A DNA stretch of 64,000 bases from Macrostomum lignano. Taxonomy: Eukaryota. Shown here one piece after another: positions 12,373 through 22,768 of the stretch (within the stretch, counting starts at the first letter, position 1; every line of letters starts with the position of its first letter). Below the pieces are notes generated by a model. It was not told the origin of the DNA. It did not search any database and saw only the letters and a list, made by a program, of their open reading frames with translations. A program made the position numbers and the translations under genes. The stretch covers positions 813,440 through 877,439 of the forward strand of contig NIVC01000051.1 in assembly GCA_002269645.1 (NCBI GenBank), written 5' to 3'.

Positions 12373-12802
12373 TATCTGCATACATGCGCAACTGCTGGCC
12401 GACCTGGCCGATCTGGCCACCGTAAATTGTGGTGGACCAGGGGTAAGTTGCAAAAATGCCACCCCAAAGAATACGGACGTAGTACTAATTAGATGCCGAG
12501 GCATTTAGGCCTGATAAGACAGTCATAGTTACTTTTGCCGTTTACCCAAATAAGCGTTAATTTTGCTTTAGGGTTTCTTTCACAGGTAAGTCGCATTTTT
12601 GGTCAAAAAGTAAGTCGCATGGCCAGTGTAAATCAGGGGGGTTGCGCATGTATGCCTATCTGGTTTAGACAGGTTAGACGGGTATTGGGCATGTATGATT
12701 GGTTAAATAATATTTTCAGATAAGCTTACATTTAAAAAAATGATTTTGTCATCTTTATTTTTGAGATATACAATCCAGATATTTCTTTTTAATATTATAT
12801 AT

Positions 12803-13022
12803 TGTAGCAGCACCAAAGCATTCATCATTTATTCTAATTATTTCTTATTCTATATTCCAATTGCTTTAGTTAACCCATAGACACTTCTGTACTATTCGTT
12901 CGCCCCAGCGCTAAATAGCCCCCAACGCAATGACAAAATATACTTTAAACCTCCTGCTTTTGCTAGCTATCTTTGAAGTGCCACTTACACTCGTAAGCTT
13001 GTAGCGGTAACCTAACGCTACA
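12803..13022 (+). repeat. 5' LTR (220 bp)
   Basis: TGTAGC...GCTACA; 4 substitutions relative to the 3' LTR. Confidence 0.95.
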
Positions 13023-13025
13023 AAT

Positions 13026-13037
13026 TGGTAGCAGAGC
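13026..13037 (+). promoter_or_regulatory. Primer-binding site, probably initiator tRNA-Met
   Basis: TGGTAGCAGAGC lies 3 nt after the LTR and is complementary to the ..CTCTGCTA-CCA 3' end of animal tRNA-iMet. Confidence 0.8.
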
Positions 13038-13068
13038 GTGCAATCCCAACACTCGACGACTACGACAA

Positions 13069-13917
13069 ATGGAAGACACCCAACGTCAACAACCTCCATC
13101 AGACACTCCACCTGCGGCAGCTTCTTCGGAGAACACCATACCGGAACCGGTAGCGTCGGTACAACGCGCCACAATTAGACCACCGCCATTCTACCGTCAA
13201 GCACCCGAGATTTGGTTCTGCCAACTTGAATCACAATTTACCCTGGCTGGAATCAGCTCCGCCAGCACCAAATTCCACTACGCACTGGCCGCTCTCCCGG
13301 AGGATGTTGCCTGCTACATCGACATAGACATTGTCGAATACAACCGACTCAAAACAGCTGTTCTAGACTCACTGCGCGCCAACCGCCACCAGCGTATCGA
13401 GGAAGCCCTTGCAGCAGTAGAACTCGGCGACAAACGCCCTTCGCAATTGGTAACTGACATTAAGCGCCGCTTCATCGAAGTGGGTTTAGCAGCCGACGAG
13501 TCTATCATCAAGTCACGCCTGCTCACGGCGCTCCCAACGCACATCCGTTCAGCGTTGGTCGGTCATGAAAACTCTCCGCTAGAAGACTTCGCCAAAATCG
13601 CCGACAGCATGTTAGCCGTCGTGGGCAGCCGAACTCCGTTTTTACCCATTCAGCGCACGTCCGAAGCCAGGGATTCGAGACCGCACGGCGCGTTCAAGCC
13701 TAGGCAGGCATACGAAGGAGATCACTGGCAACAGCGATCCTATCGTAAGAGACCTAAGATCTGTAATGGCCATCTATTCTACGCTTCACAAGCCCGTACA
13801 TGCCGACCTTGGTGCAAATGGCCCGGTCCCAAACCCACAACGATGCTCAGCAGCCGCCAGACCACACCAGATCACTCGCGTGCAAACAGCCCAACTCTAG
13901 AAAGTGCTTCAAACTAG
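13069..13917 (+). CDS. Gypsy Gag (282 aa)
   Basis: PPFYRQAPEIWFCQLESQF, TKFHYALAAL, LGDKRPSQL and C-terminal ICNGHLFY..ARTCRPWC; typical of Ty3/Gypsy gag. Confidence 0.9.
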   Translation: MEDTQRQQPPSDTPPAAASSENTIPEPVASVQRATIRPPPFYRQAPEIWFCQLESQFTLAGISSASTKFHYALAALPEDVACYIDIDIVEYNRLKTAVLDSLRANRHQRIEEALAAVELGDKRPSQLVTDIKRRFIEVGLAADESIIKSRLLTALPTHIRSALVGHENSPLEDFAKIADSMLAVVGSRTPFLPIQRTSEARDSRPHGAFKPRQAYEGDHWQQRSYRKRPKICNGHLFYASQARTCRPWCKWPGPKPTTMLSSRQTTPDHSRANSPTLESASN

Positions 13918-16900
13918 TCGGTCACGTGCCCTGGCCGACCCGTGACCAGAGCAAGGCCACTACTTTGTTACTCCGTTGCAACGTTCTTCGCACCATGGTT
14001 TCATTTATTGTTGACACTGGAGCCAAACGATCACTCCTGCCTTTACAGTACGTCCCTCAAAATCTGCTTACTCCGACACCCGTGAAGTTGCGCAGCATTG
14101 GTGGACATGAGATCCGTACCTTTGGACAATGCTGCCTGACTCTCTCTATTCCGGGGCTCCGGCAACCATACCCAGCAACATTCATCGTCACTAATACGGC
14201 ACCGATTCTCGGAGCGGATTTCTTCGTAAAGTTCGGTTTGATCATCGACCTTAAGTCGAGACGCATCATAGACCCAGTAACGGAATTATCCACAGCCCTG
14301 AACTGCTCTTCCGATCCAGTTCCACAAATCAACGTGACAACGGAAATGGAACCATCAAACCCGCTCACCCAGTTTCCACACGTACTAGAGGCGCCCGACT
14401 ACACGACCCCATCCGCAACAGGCGTCCGACATCCGATCGAAACGGAAGGCGAGCCGATCTTCTGCCGACCACGACCACTGTCACCGGAAAAGTTCACTGT
14501 TGCAAAGGAAGAGTTTGACAAGCTGCTTCGACTCGGAATCGTCTAACCATCTTCCAGCCTGTGGGCATCGCCCCTTCATATGGTGAGAAAAAAAGACGGG
14601 TCTTGGCGCCCTTGTGGTGACTATCGAGCTTTGAACGCCGTGACCAAGCCCAATCGATACCCCATACCGAACATTAACCACTTCCACAATCAGCTGCATG
14701 GGTCGAAAGTATTCAGCACCCTTGACCTCGTCAAGGCCTATCACTTTGTCCCCATGGCTAAAGACGCGATAGAAAAGACCGCAATCTGCACCCCTTTTGG
14801 ATCTTTCGAATACCTTCAAATGCCCTTCGGACTGCGCAACGCAGCTAGCACGTTCCAGAGGTTCGTCAATGCAATCTTTCGAGATTTCCCCTTTGTTGTT
14901 TCATACATCGATGACATCCTAGTGCACAGCACTTCTCAACAAGAACACGAGCAACATCTGCAAGCCATCCTTCAGCATCTAACGGACAAAGGTCTGAGGG
15001 TTAATGCAGCAAAGTGTCAGTTCTTCCGAGACTCAGTGGAATTTCTGGGATACCTTGTATCAGCCGAGGGAATCAAGCCACTTCCCACTCAAGTGGAGGC
15101 CCTTCGCAAACTGCAGGCCCCGACCGATCAAAAGACGCTCCAGCGCTATCTGGGAATGTTTGGTTTCTACCAACGTTGCATCCCCACATACGCCCAAGTA
15201 GTACAGCCTCTTCGCCAACTCGTCAGTTCGAGTCAGTTCGTCTGGACGAACCAGCATGACGAAGCTTGGAAACTGCTTCAAAACAGCCTGGCTGAGGCCG
15301 TAACGTTAGCATTCCCCGAACCTAGCGCAACGCTCACTATCACTACGGACGCAAGCTCAACAGCCTTAGGCGCAGCCCTACATCAAGTGGTAGACAACAA
15401 GTCTGCACCCCTAGCTTTTTACTCGCGCAAACTGTTGGATACCGAGAGAGCCTACAGCACGTTCAACAGAGAACTACTGGCTATTTTCGCCACCGTCAAA
15501 ACCTGGAAGCACATGGTCCAAGGTCGCCTTGTCACGGTGTTCTGTGACCACAAGCCAATTGTGGGAGCTTTCAAGAATCGAAAAAAGCGTTTCTCAGACC
15601 ACCAACAGCGCCAACTTTCAGCGATAACTGAGTGTGTTCTCGACATTGTATACATCGCCGGTAAAGACAACGTAGTAGCCGACGCACTGTCTCGTCCAGA
15701 ACCATCCTCAGTTACCCAGACCAACAACGTGCGACTCTTAGAAGATGTCCCAACAGCCGTGGACCTTCCGGCTATTGCAAGAGCTCAGAAAGATCTAACG
15801 CCTGAGGACACTCCGGCCGGCCAGTTCAAGCACTTTGACATCGGAATCCCAGAGTGCCCGCTTCGCTGCGAGACTTCACAAGCCAACCCACGCCCTGAAG
15901 TACCAGGACCGCTTCGCTGAAAAGTGTTTGATTCGCTACACACTTTGGCGCACCCGGGAGTAAAAGCGACACAGAGGCTTGTCGGATACCGTTTTTTCTG
16001 GCCTAATATGTTCGCCGACATCAAGAAGTGGGTCACTGAATGTGAGCGCTGCCAGCAATGCAAAGTTAGCAAGCATATTCACCGGCCGCTCCACCAGTTA
16101 CCAGTACCATCGCAACGATTCACGACGGTGCACATCGACCTAGTCGGACCATTGACGCCGCCCGAATCCGATGCGGTTGGACCAAAACCCCGATACCTGC
16201 TGACCATGGTGGATTCATACACACGCTGGATCGAGGCTACTCCCGTCATGGACACCACGGCTGAGACCGTCGCGCGGACTTTCCTAGCATCCTGGATTGC
16301 CCGCTTTGGACCACCGCTTACATTGATTAGCGACCAAGGGACGCAGTTCCGAGCCGAGCTCATGCAAAACCTGACGCAGCACCTAAGGATTCACTATATC
16401 CGAACTTCTTCATACAATCCGCGAGCCAACGGCATCGTCGAACGCACTCATAGAACGTTGAAGACGGGCCTAAAAGCACGCGGAAAATACTGGTTGAGCC
16501 AACTGCCTCTCGTTCTTCTTGGAATGCGTATCTTTGCGGACCAAACCGGATCATCACCTTTCTTACTTGTTACTGGAGAGCAACCCATGGTTCCGCAAGT
16601 AGTGGCCGACACTTCGACTCTGACAGAGCTATCGACCAAGCTCCACCAAATGTTTTTCCCCTACCGCCTACCGCGAACTCGTCCGGTCCCCACCCATATG
16701 CCGACCGCGCTGGACTCCTGCACACACGTGTGGCTACGGTTAGATCGCGTGAGGCGTCCGCTTGAAGCACCTTATCAAGGCCCGTTCGCTGTTCTTAGCA
16801 GACATGAAACAACAATGATGCTAGAGATCAACGGCCGGCCCACCACAGTGTCAATCGACCGACTTAAACCAGCTACGCTACCGCCGCCGCCACCAGAGAC

Positions 16901-17015
16901 CCTTCCAGAGCCTACTGCTCCGCCTAATGATTCACCAGCCGCCAATACTTGTTCAAGAAGTTCTCGCCATGTTCGATTTGCCTCTCAGCCATCGATAAAA
17001 TACTTTACACCTTGA
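13800..17015 (+). pseudogene. Gypsy Pol (protease, RT, RNase H, integrase) in the -1 frame relative to gag; two premature stops
   Basis: FIVDTGA; WRPCGDYRALN, MPFGLRNA, YIDDILV; TTDAS; HPG..C..C, HIDLVGP, SDQGTQF, NGIVER; GPF. In-frame TAA at 14544-14546 and TGA at 15918-15920. Confidence 0.95.
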
Positions 17016-17158
17016 TTCTACACTTCTTGACTTGACTTGATTCTACACTCCTTGATTACACTTGACAATTTGATTCTAGAGAAGTAGTGCCATGAATCTA
17101 TTACCCCAAATTTCCCTCCTGTTAATTCGTTGTTTTAATCCTAGAAGTACTCCGTTAT

Positions 17159-17171
17159 GGGGAAGGGGGAG
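17159..17171 (+). promoter_or_regulatory. Polypurine tract
   Basis: GGGGAAGGGGGAG, 5 nt before the 3' LTR. Confidence 0.85.
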
Positions 17172-17176
17172 TATCT

Positions 17177-17396
17177 TGTAGCAGCACCAAAGCATTCATC
17201 ATTTATTCTAATTATTTCTTATTCTATATTCCAATCGCTTTAGTTCACCCATAGACACTTCTGTACTATTCGTTCGCCCCAGCGCTAAATAGCCCCCAAC
17301 GCAATGACAAAATATACTTTAAACCTCCTGCTTTTGCTAGCTATCTTCGAAGTGCCACTTACACTCATAAGCTTGTAGCGGTAACCTAACGCTACA
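17177..17396 (+). repeat. 3' LTR (220 bp)
   Basis: Direct repeat of 12803-13022. Confidence 0.95.
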
Positions 17397-17891
17397 ATAT
17401 ATATGAAGATAAATACTGACACTGTATTTAATATTTCATTAGCAGACAAAATGACTGCATCAAATTTTTGCAGACAAGAGTGGCAGACAAATTGGTAGCA
17501 GACGAAATGATTGTCAACCATTTTCTATCTTTGTATAATATATATTTATATAAGTTTTTGTTTTATAATATAATGAAATGAAGGAAATATATAAAGTTAT
17601 CAATAGGAAATATAATACAAATAAGCAATTTAAAATTTATTAGACCATACTAAAATTAAAAATTTTAGGCACATTAGGAACAAAGTTGACTTACAATTAT
17701 AGCCCATGTTAGGCATAGGCCTAATAAATAAAAATATTAACTGAATTTTAAGTAAGAAGATTAAAGTTAAAGTTTTTTAACTTTAATCTTCTTACTAAAG
17801 TGCCTAGGCTTACTATATACTTAGCTAGCATATTATTAAGGCAAATAAACTTGTATGAAAAATGAAATATACTAAAATTAGCCCTGCCTTA

Positions 17892-18455
17892 CAATGGTGT
17901 GATTGGAAAGTTTGCCAAATTTCGCGCCGACTGAAAATTTTCGCGCCATGCCAATAATATTCTTCTGACAGCCAAATAAGTCAATAGATGATACTTTTGA
18001 AGATGCGTCTGGCTACCAATTAGCATGTCTCTCAAGTCCCAGCCGTGTCCCGCCTGAACTTCTTGTTGGCGATGTCTCGGGCAGACGACTGCTTGTGCTG
18101 GTGATTGACGACGTTGACAGCAGCTCAGCAGCCTTGCGCTTCAAGACGAGCTCAGCTAGCTTCTCTGCCTCCTTCTGCTTCTTCTTCTGCACATTCTGCT
18201 GCTGATGCCTCAGTTCTTCAATCTCGGCGTCCTTGCTCTTGGTGGCCGCCGTCAACTTGTGAAGCAGCAGTTAGATTAATCTCCTAAGCTATGATATTCT
18301 TGTATTTCATACTGTCTGACAAGAGAATAAGTGTAAAAAGCAGAAAATAAGAATGCAATTTTCGCGCCCATGGTTCCACAAAATTTCGCGCCAGACCCCC
18401 AGGATTCGCGCCATTTTCGCGCCTGGCGCGAATTCGCGCCTGAATCACACCACTG
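17892..18455. mobile_element. Non-autonomous hAT element (564 bp)
   Basis: 13-bp TIRs CA(A/G)TGGTGTGATT with 1 mismatch; perfect 8-bp TSD CTGCCTTA at 17884-17891 and 18456-18463; subterminal TTCGCGCC repeats at both ends. Confidence 0.9.
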
Positions 18456-20375
18456 CTGCCTTAGCCCAAGCCAAGGAGAAGAAGGTTGTATCAAGTAAAA
18501 TTTAATCTTAAGAACTTAAGTTTTGACCTAAATTAGGCCCTAAAGCACAATGAAAATGCTCAAAATTCTAAAACATTTTTGCTAGATAGGGCCAGGGGCG
18601 AGGGCCTACGCCTAACAAATACAGACATTACAAAAACTGGTAGGCCTAGGCCTACTAGGGCCTACCCTCATATTGAGTCGTATAGGTTCAATTTTGAGTA
18701 TTATACTAAGTATAGTTGTGTAGATAGTGAAGACCTTTCAGTTTTACTGCAACAAAAGTATATGAGTCTATAAGTATAATGCGCCGTGGAGCTAGAATGT
18801 CAAAAAACAATAAAAATACAAAAATACATAGGGGCCTAGCTATATTTGATATACCACATAATATAAAACTAGGCCTACAGAAAATTTTGTTTTATAATTA
18901 TTAGTCTTTTGTCTATATGGGTTGTTTTATTTCTAGATTAGGCCTAGATGTACATCCCATAAAAGAAATCAGTATAAACAGCTGACTGAATGTACGCTGT
19001 CAGGACGAACATACACCTAACACATTGGTACATTGCTATATTTGTGATATAATTACCAAGGACGACTTAAGTACTTAAGTCAACTACTTAAGTCTACTTA
19101 AGTCTACTTAAGTCGTCCTTGATAATTACTTTATTTCGCAGACTTAAACATTACGTACTAACAGTTATAACAAAATTTTATGGTTTTGTAATAATAAATT
19201 TTTTAGCTGCAGTTTCGAAAATAAATATGAGTATTCAGTTTTCAATGCAAGTTTATTAAGTTTTTTAATGTGCTGCAAAAAATGCACGCCTTGAGAAATA
19301 TTTATCCTTCAAGTAGAATATTATGTTGTGCAGTTTTGCAACAATTACACTTCATTTATTTATTTGATTTTAGCAGGTTTTCTTTGTATTGCAATTAAAT
19401 ATATTATAAAATAAATCGATATCATTCGAGATTTACTTCAATGAAGTGCACGATAGAGTTATGATATGACGGGAACGATTGTACTCGTATCACTCGATGA
19501 ATACATGTAGCGTAAAATACAAAGTATATTATTAAACAAGTCAGGGAACTAAAACGCTCCGGTGTTTTAGTTGTCCCTGAAACAAGTGCATGTACGAAGA
19601 CAATAGTCTAGTTATCTAAAAGATAGATATCATTCCTGGAACAACCTGCAACGATAGGTAACCGCAAAACAGGCTACTATACATGCGACATGCATGGGTA
19701 ACGTTTGTCAAGCGTACAGTTAGGCAAAATAATAATTGCTTGTTTAGTTATCCCACCACTATACACTGTAATTGCACGAGAACGAAGAGTGTCACAGTTA
19801 TTGTACAATCAAATTTACTGCGCATGCAAAGGTACAATGCCCTGGCATGCATGCAGTTTGTACACTCGTACATGTACAGGCAAGTTTTACGTTATAGGAT
19901 TAAAGTGCACACTGTACTAGTCAACAAAGAATTCATAACTATTTTAATTTATTGGTTAAAGACTCATTTACGCTGCCATCAAGTGAGCCACCAACTCAAA
20001 CGACCAATGAACAAGCAGATCAAATTTATAAGATGTACAAGTTGTGTGATCACATTAAATTCCCTTTATCCGGCAGTCTATTGCGCTGCTTCTAGAGTCG
20101 TGTACAAATCCATGTGTAAATTAATTTACATGTACGACGTACGACGTACGAGTACATGCAAAGTCGAAGTCGAATTTAAAGTCTACAGAACATTTCAAAA
20201 TAACAATTTCAAGAAAATTACTTCCGGAAGGATTATATTTTTTCTGTTTTCGAAGTTTCACATACAAAATATTGTTTACCTACAGTGTATTAAAAGTATT
20301 ACAACTTAAGTTACTTAAACCGAGAAATTTTTTGTTAGTTCGCTTCTTACAACTCGTACATTTATAAAACTCTTT

Positions 20376-22768
20376 TTAACCCTCCTTTTTAGCAGCTTGG
20401 TCTCCAACGTCTTGATCTTCAACTGCTGGTTTTCCCTGGACACTGTAGTGCTGACCGCCTGCTTCGGAGTGATGATGCTGTTCGGCCGGCACCACCAGAA
20501 CAGCCGAGCGGCGCGAATGATGCAGCACGTAGTCACTGACTGATCCGAGAAAAGTTCGGCGAAGCACGCCGACGCCTCGACTGCCGAGAATGATGAGGTC
20601 GACCTGCGAGGGAAGGGGACGCGAAATATGGATCTGGTGCAGCATACATGTAGAGCAGTGGTGAGACCGCCATGCGAGACATGAAGGTAATAAAGGCAAT
20701 TCAAGAATGATGAAGCATGCGAATTATTAAGCTTAGGGTGCTGGCGCCCCTGGTGCTGGCGCCCCTGGTGCTGGCGCCCCTGGTGCTGGCGCCCCTGGTG
20801 CTGGCGCCCCTGGTTCTGGCGCCCCTGGTGCTGGCGCCCCTGGTGCTGGCGCCCCTAGTGCTGGCGCCCCTGGTGCTGGCGCCCCTGGTGCTGGCGCCCC
20901 TGGTGCTGGCGCCCCTGGTTCTGGCGCCCCTGGTGCTGGCGCCCCTTGGTGCTGGCGCCCCTAGTGCTGGCGCCCCTGGTGCTGGCGCCCCTAGTGCTGG
21001 CGCCCCTGGTGCTGGCGCCCCTGGTGCTGGCGCCCCTGGTGCTGGCGCCCCTGGTGCTGGCGATGAAGGTACCCAGTGCTTTAGCACCTGGTGCTAAAGC
21101 CCCTGGTGCTAAAGCCCCTGGTGCTGGCGCCCCTGGTGCTGGCGCCCCTGGTGCTGGCGCCCCTGGTGCTGGCGCCCCTGGTGCTGGCGCCCCTGGTGCT
21201 GGCGCCCCTGGTGCTGGCGCCCCTGGTGCTGGCGCCCCTGGTGCTGGCGCCCCTAGTGCTGGCGCCCCTGGTGCTGGCGCCCCTGGTGCTGGCGCCCCTG
21301 GTGCTGGCGCCCCTGGTGCTGGCGCCCCTGGTGCTGGCGCCCCTGGTGCTGGCGCCCCTGGTGCTGGCGCCCCTGGTGCTGGCGCCCCTGGTGCTGGCGC
21401 CCCTGGTGCTGGCGCCCCTGGTGCTGGCGCCCCTGGTGCTGGCGCCCCTGGTGCTGGCGCCCCTGGTGCTGGCGCCCCTGGTGCTGGCGCCCCTGGTGCT
21501 GGCACCCCTGGTGCTGGCGCCCCTGGTGCTGGCGCCCCTGGTGCTGGCGCCCCTGGTGCTGGCACCCCTGGTGCTGGCGCCCCTGGTGCTGGCGCCCCTG
21601 GTGCTGGCGCCCCTGGTGCTGGCACCCCCGGTGCCAAGTTTACACGGCTCACCTGTTCTTCTTCTGCAGCTTCAATAATAGCCTGACCTGGTGAGTGCGA
21701 GATTCGTTCGAGAAATCGAATTTTTTCGATACCAAACGAGCGACAGATTGTCTTCACGTTGACGGCCAAACGTTTGGCGGCTTCGACAGTTTCTTCCACG
21801 GCTTTGGTGTAGATTTCGGCCACTGCGGCGCCTGCGGGCGGAACCGGGTTCTATCCGTTGTTTCTATATCTGTGGTAGTGGGATTCTATTCGGGGTCCCT
21901 GGGGCGGTTGTACATGCATTTATTATGGTTTCTAGAACTACAATAGATCTAGAGTGAGTTGGGTTCTATTTGGTGTTTCTAGATCCAGGGTAGAGTTGAG
22001 TTCTATTCGGTGTTTTTTCTAGGTCTAGGGTAGAGTTGGGTTCTATTTGGTGTTTCTAGATCTAGGGTAGAGTTGAGTTCTATTCGGTGTTTCTAGGTCT
22101 AGGGTAGAGTTGGGTTCTATTTGGTGTTTCTAGATCAAGGGTAGAGTTGGGTTCTATTCGGTGTTTCTAGATCCAGGGTAGAGTTGGGTTCTATTCGGTG
22201 TTTCTAGATCTAGGGTAGAGTTGAGTTCTATTCGGTGTTTCTAGATCTAGGGTAGAGTTGAGTTCTATTCGATGTTTCTAGGTCTAGGGTAGAGTTGGGT
22301 TCTATTTGGTGTTTCTAGATCTAGGGTAGAGTTGGGTTCTATTTGGTGTTTCTAGATCAAGGGTAGAGTTGGGTTCTATTCGGTGTCTCTAGATCTATGA
22401 TAGAGTGGGGCATTATTCGTTTTTTCTAGATCTATGGAATGCGAGGGTTCTATTCGGGATTTCTAAGGTAATTATAGTTTCCATTTTACACAGAGCCGAC
22501 TTGAACTCCACTCACCAGCCATGCCGAATCCCAGAGCCAGATCAGGTGGCTCGGTCACGTTAACAAAGACCACTCGATCTTCGTTCGAATGAATCTTGCT
22601 GGCGTACCAACGAAGCGCGCGCTCGCTGTGCCTGCTTCGATCGATAGCAATTAGAATGCTTCGATTTTGCACTGCTTGTTCGTCCGCTGTTGGCGACGCC
22701 TTGCTGTGCTGTAATTGCGCTTTTGATTCCGGACTGGCGCCAGCAATAGCTGCAGGTGGAGATGCCAT
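20376..22768 (-). CDS. Universal stress protein (UspA family), 3 exons, 219 aa
   Basis: Exons 22768-22516, 21831-21653, 20603-20376 total 660 nt and are GT-AG and in phase. ILIAIDRSRHSERALRW; PGQAIIEAAEEEQVDLIILGSRGVGVLRRTFLGSVSDYVLHHS contains G-2x-G-9x-GS. Confidence 0.93.
20737..21630. repeat. 15-bp GC-rich minisatellite (GGCGCCCCTGGTGCT), USP intron 2
   Basis: Two blocks separated by a short junction at ~21062-21120. Confidence 0.95.
21945..22460. repeat. 37-bp minisatellite (GGGTAGAGTTGGGTTCTATTTGGTGTTTCTAGATCTA), USP intron 1
   Basis: Period of 37 (22102 to 22139); degenerate edges. Confidence 0.92.

Larger units (their letters stand above)
12803..17396 (+). mobile_element. Full-length Ty3/Gypsy LTR retrotransposon (4594 bp), ATAT target duplication, pol disabled by two stops
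   Basis: 220-bp LTRs TG..CA; ATAT at 12799-12802 and 17397-17400; PBS, PPT and gag; pol order PR-RT-RH-IN; no env. Confidence 0.97.

Noticed and set aside
18013-18255. Stand-alone coiled-coil gene
   Set aside because: It lies wholly inside a 564-bp hAT element and has no ATG start or splice context; kept only as possible cargo.
19544-19580. Helitron 3' hairpin
   Set aside because: The stem is imperfect, the nearest CTAG is ~30 nt away, and no matching 5' end was found.
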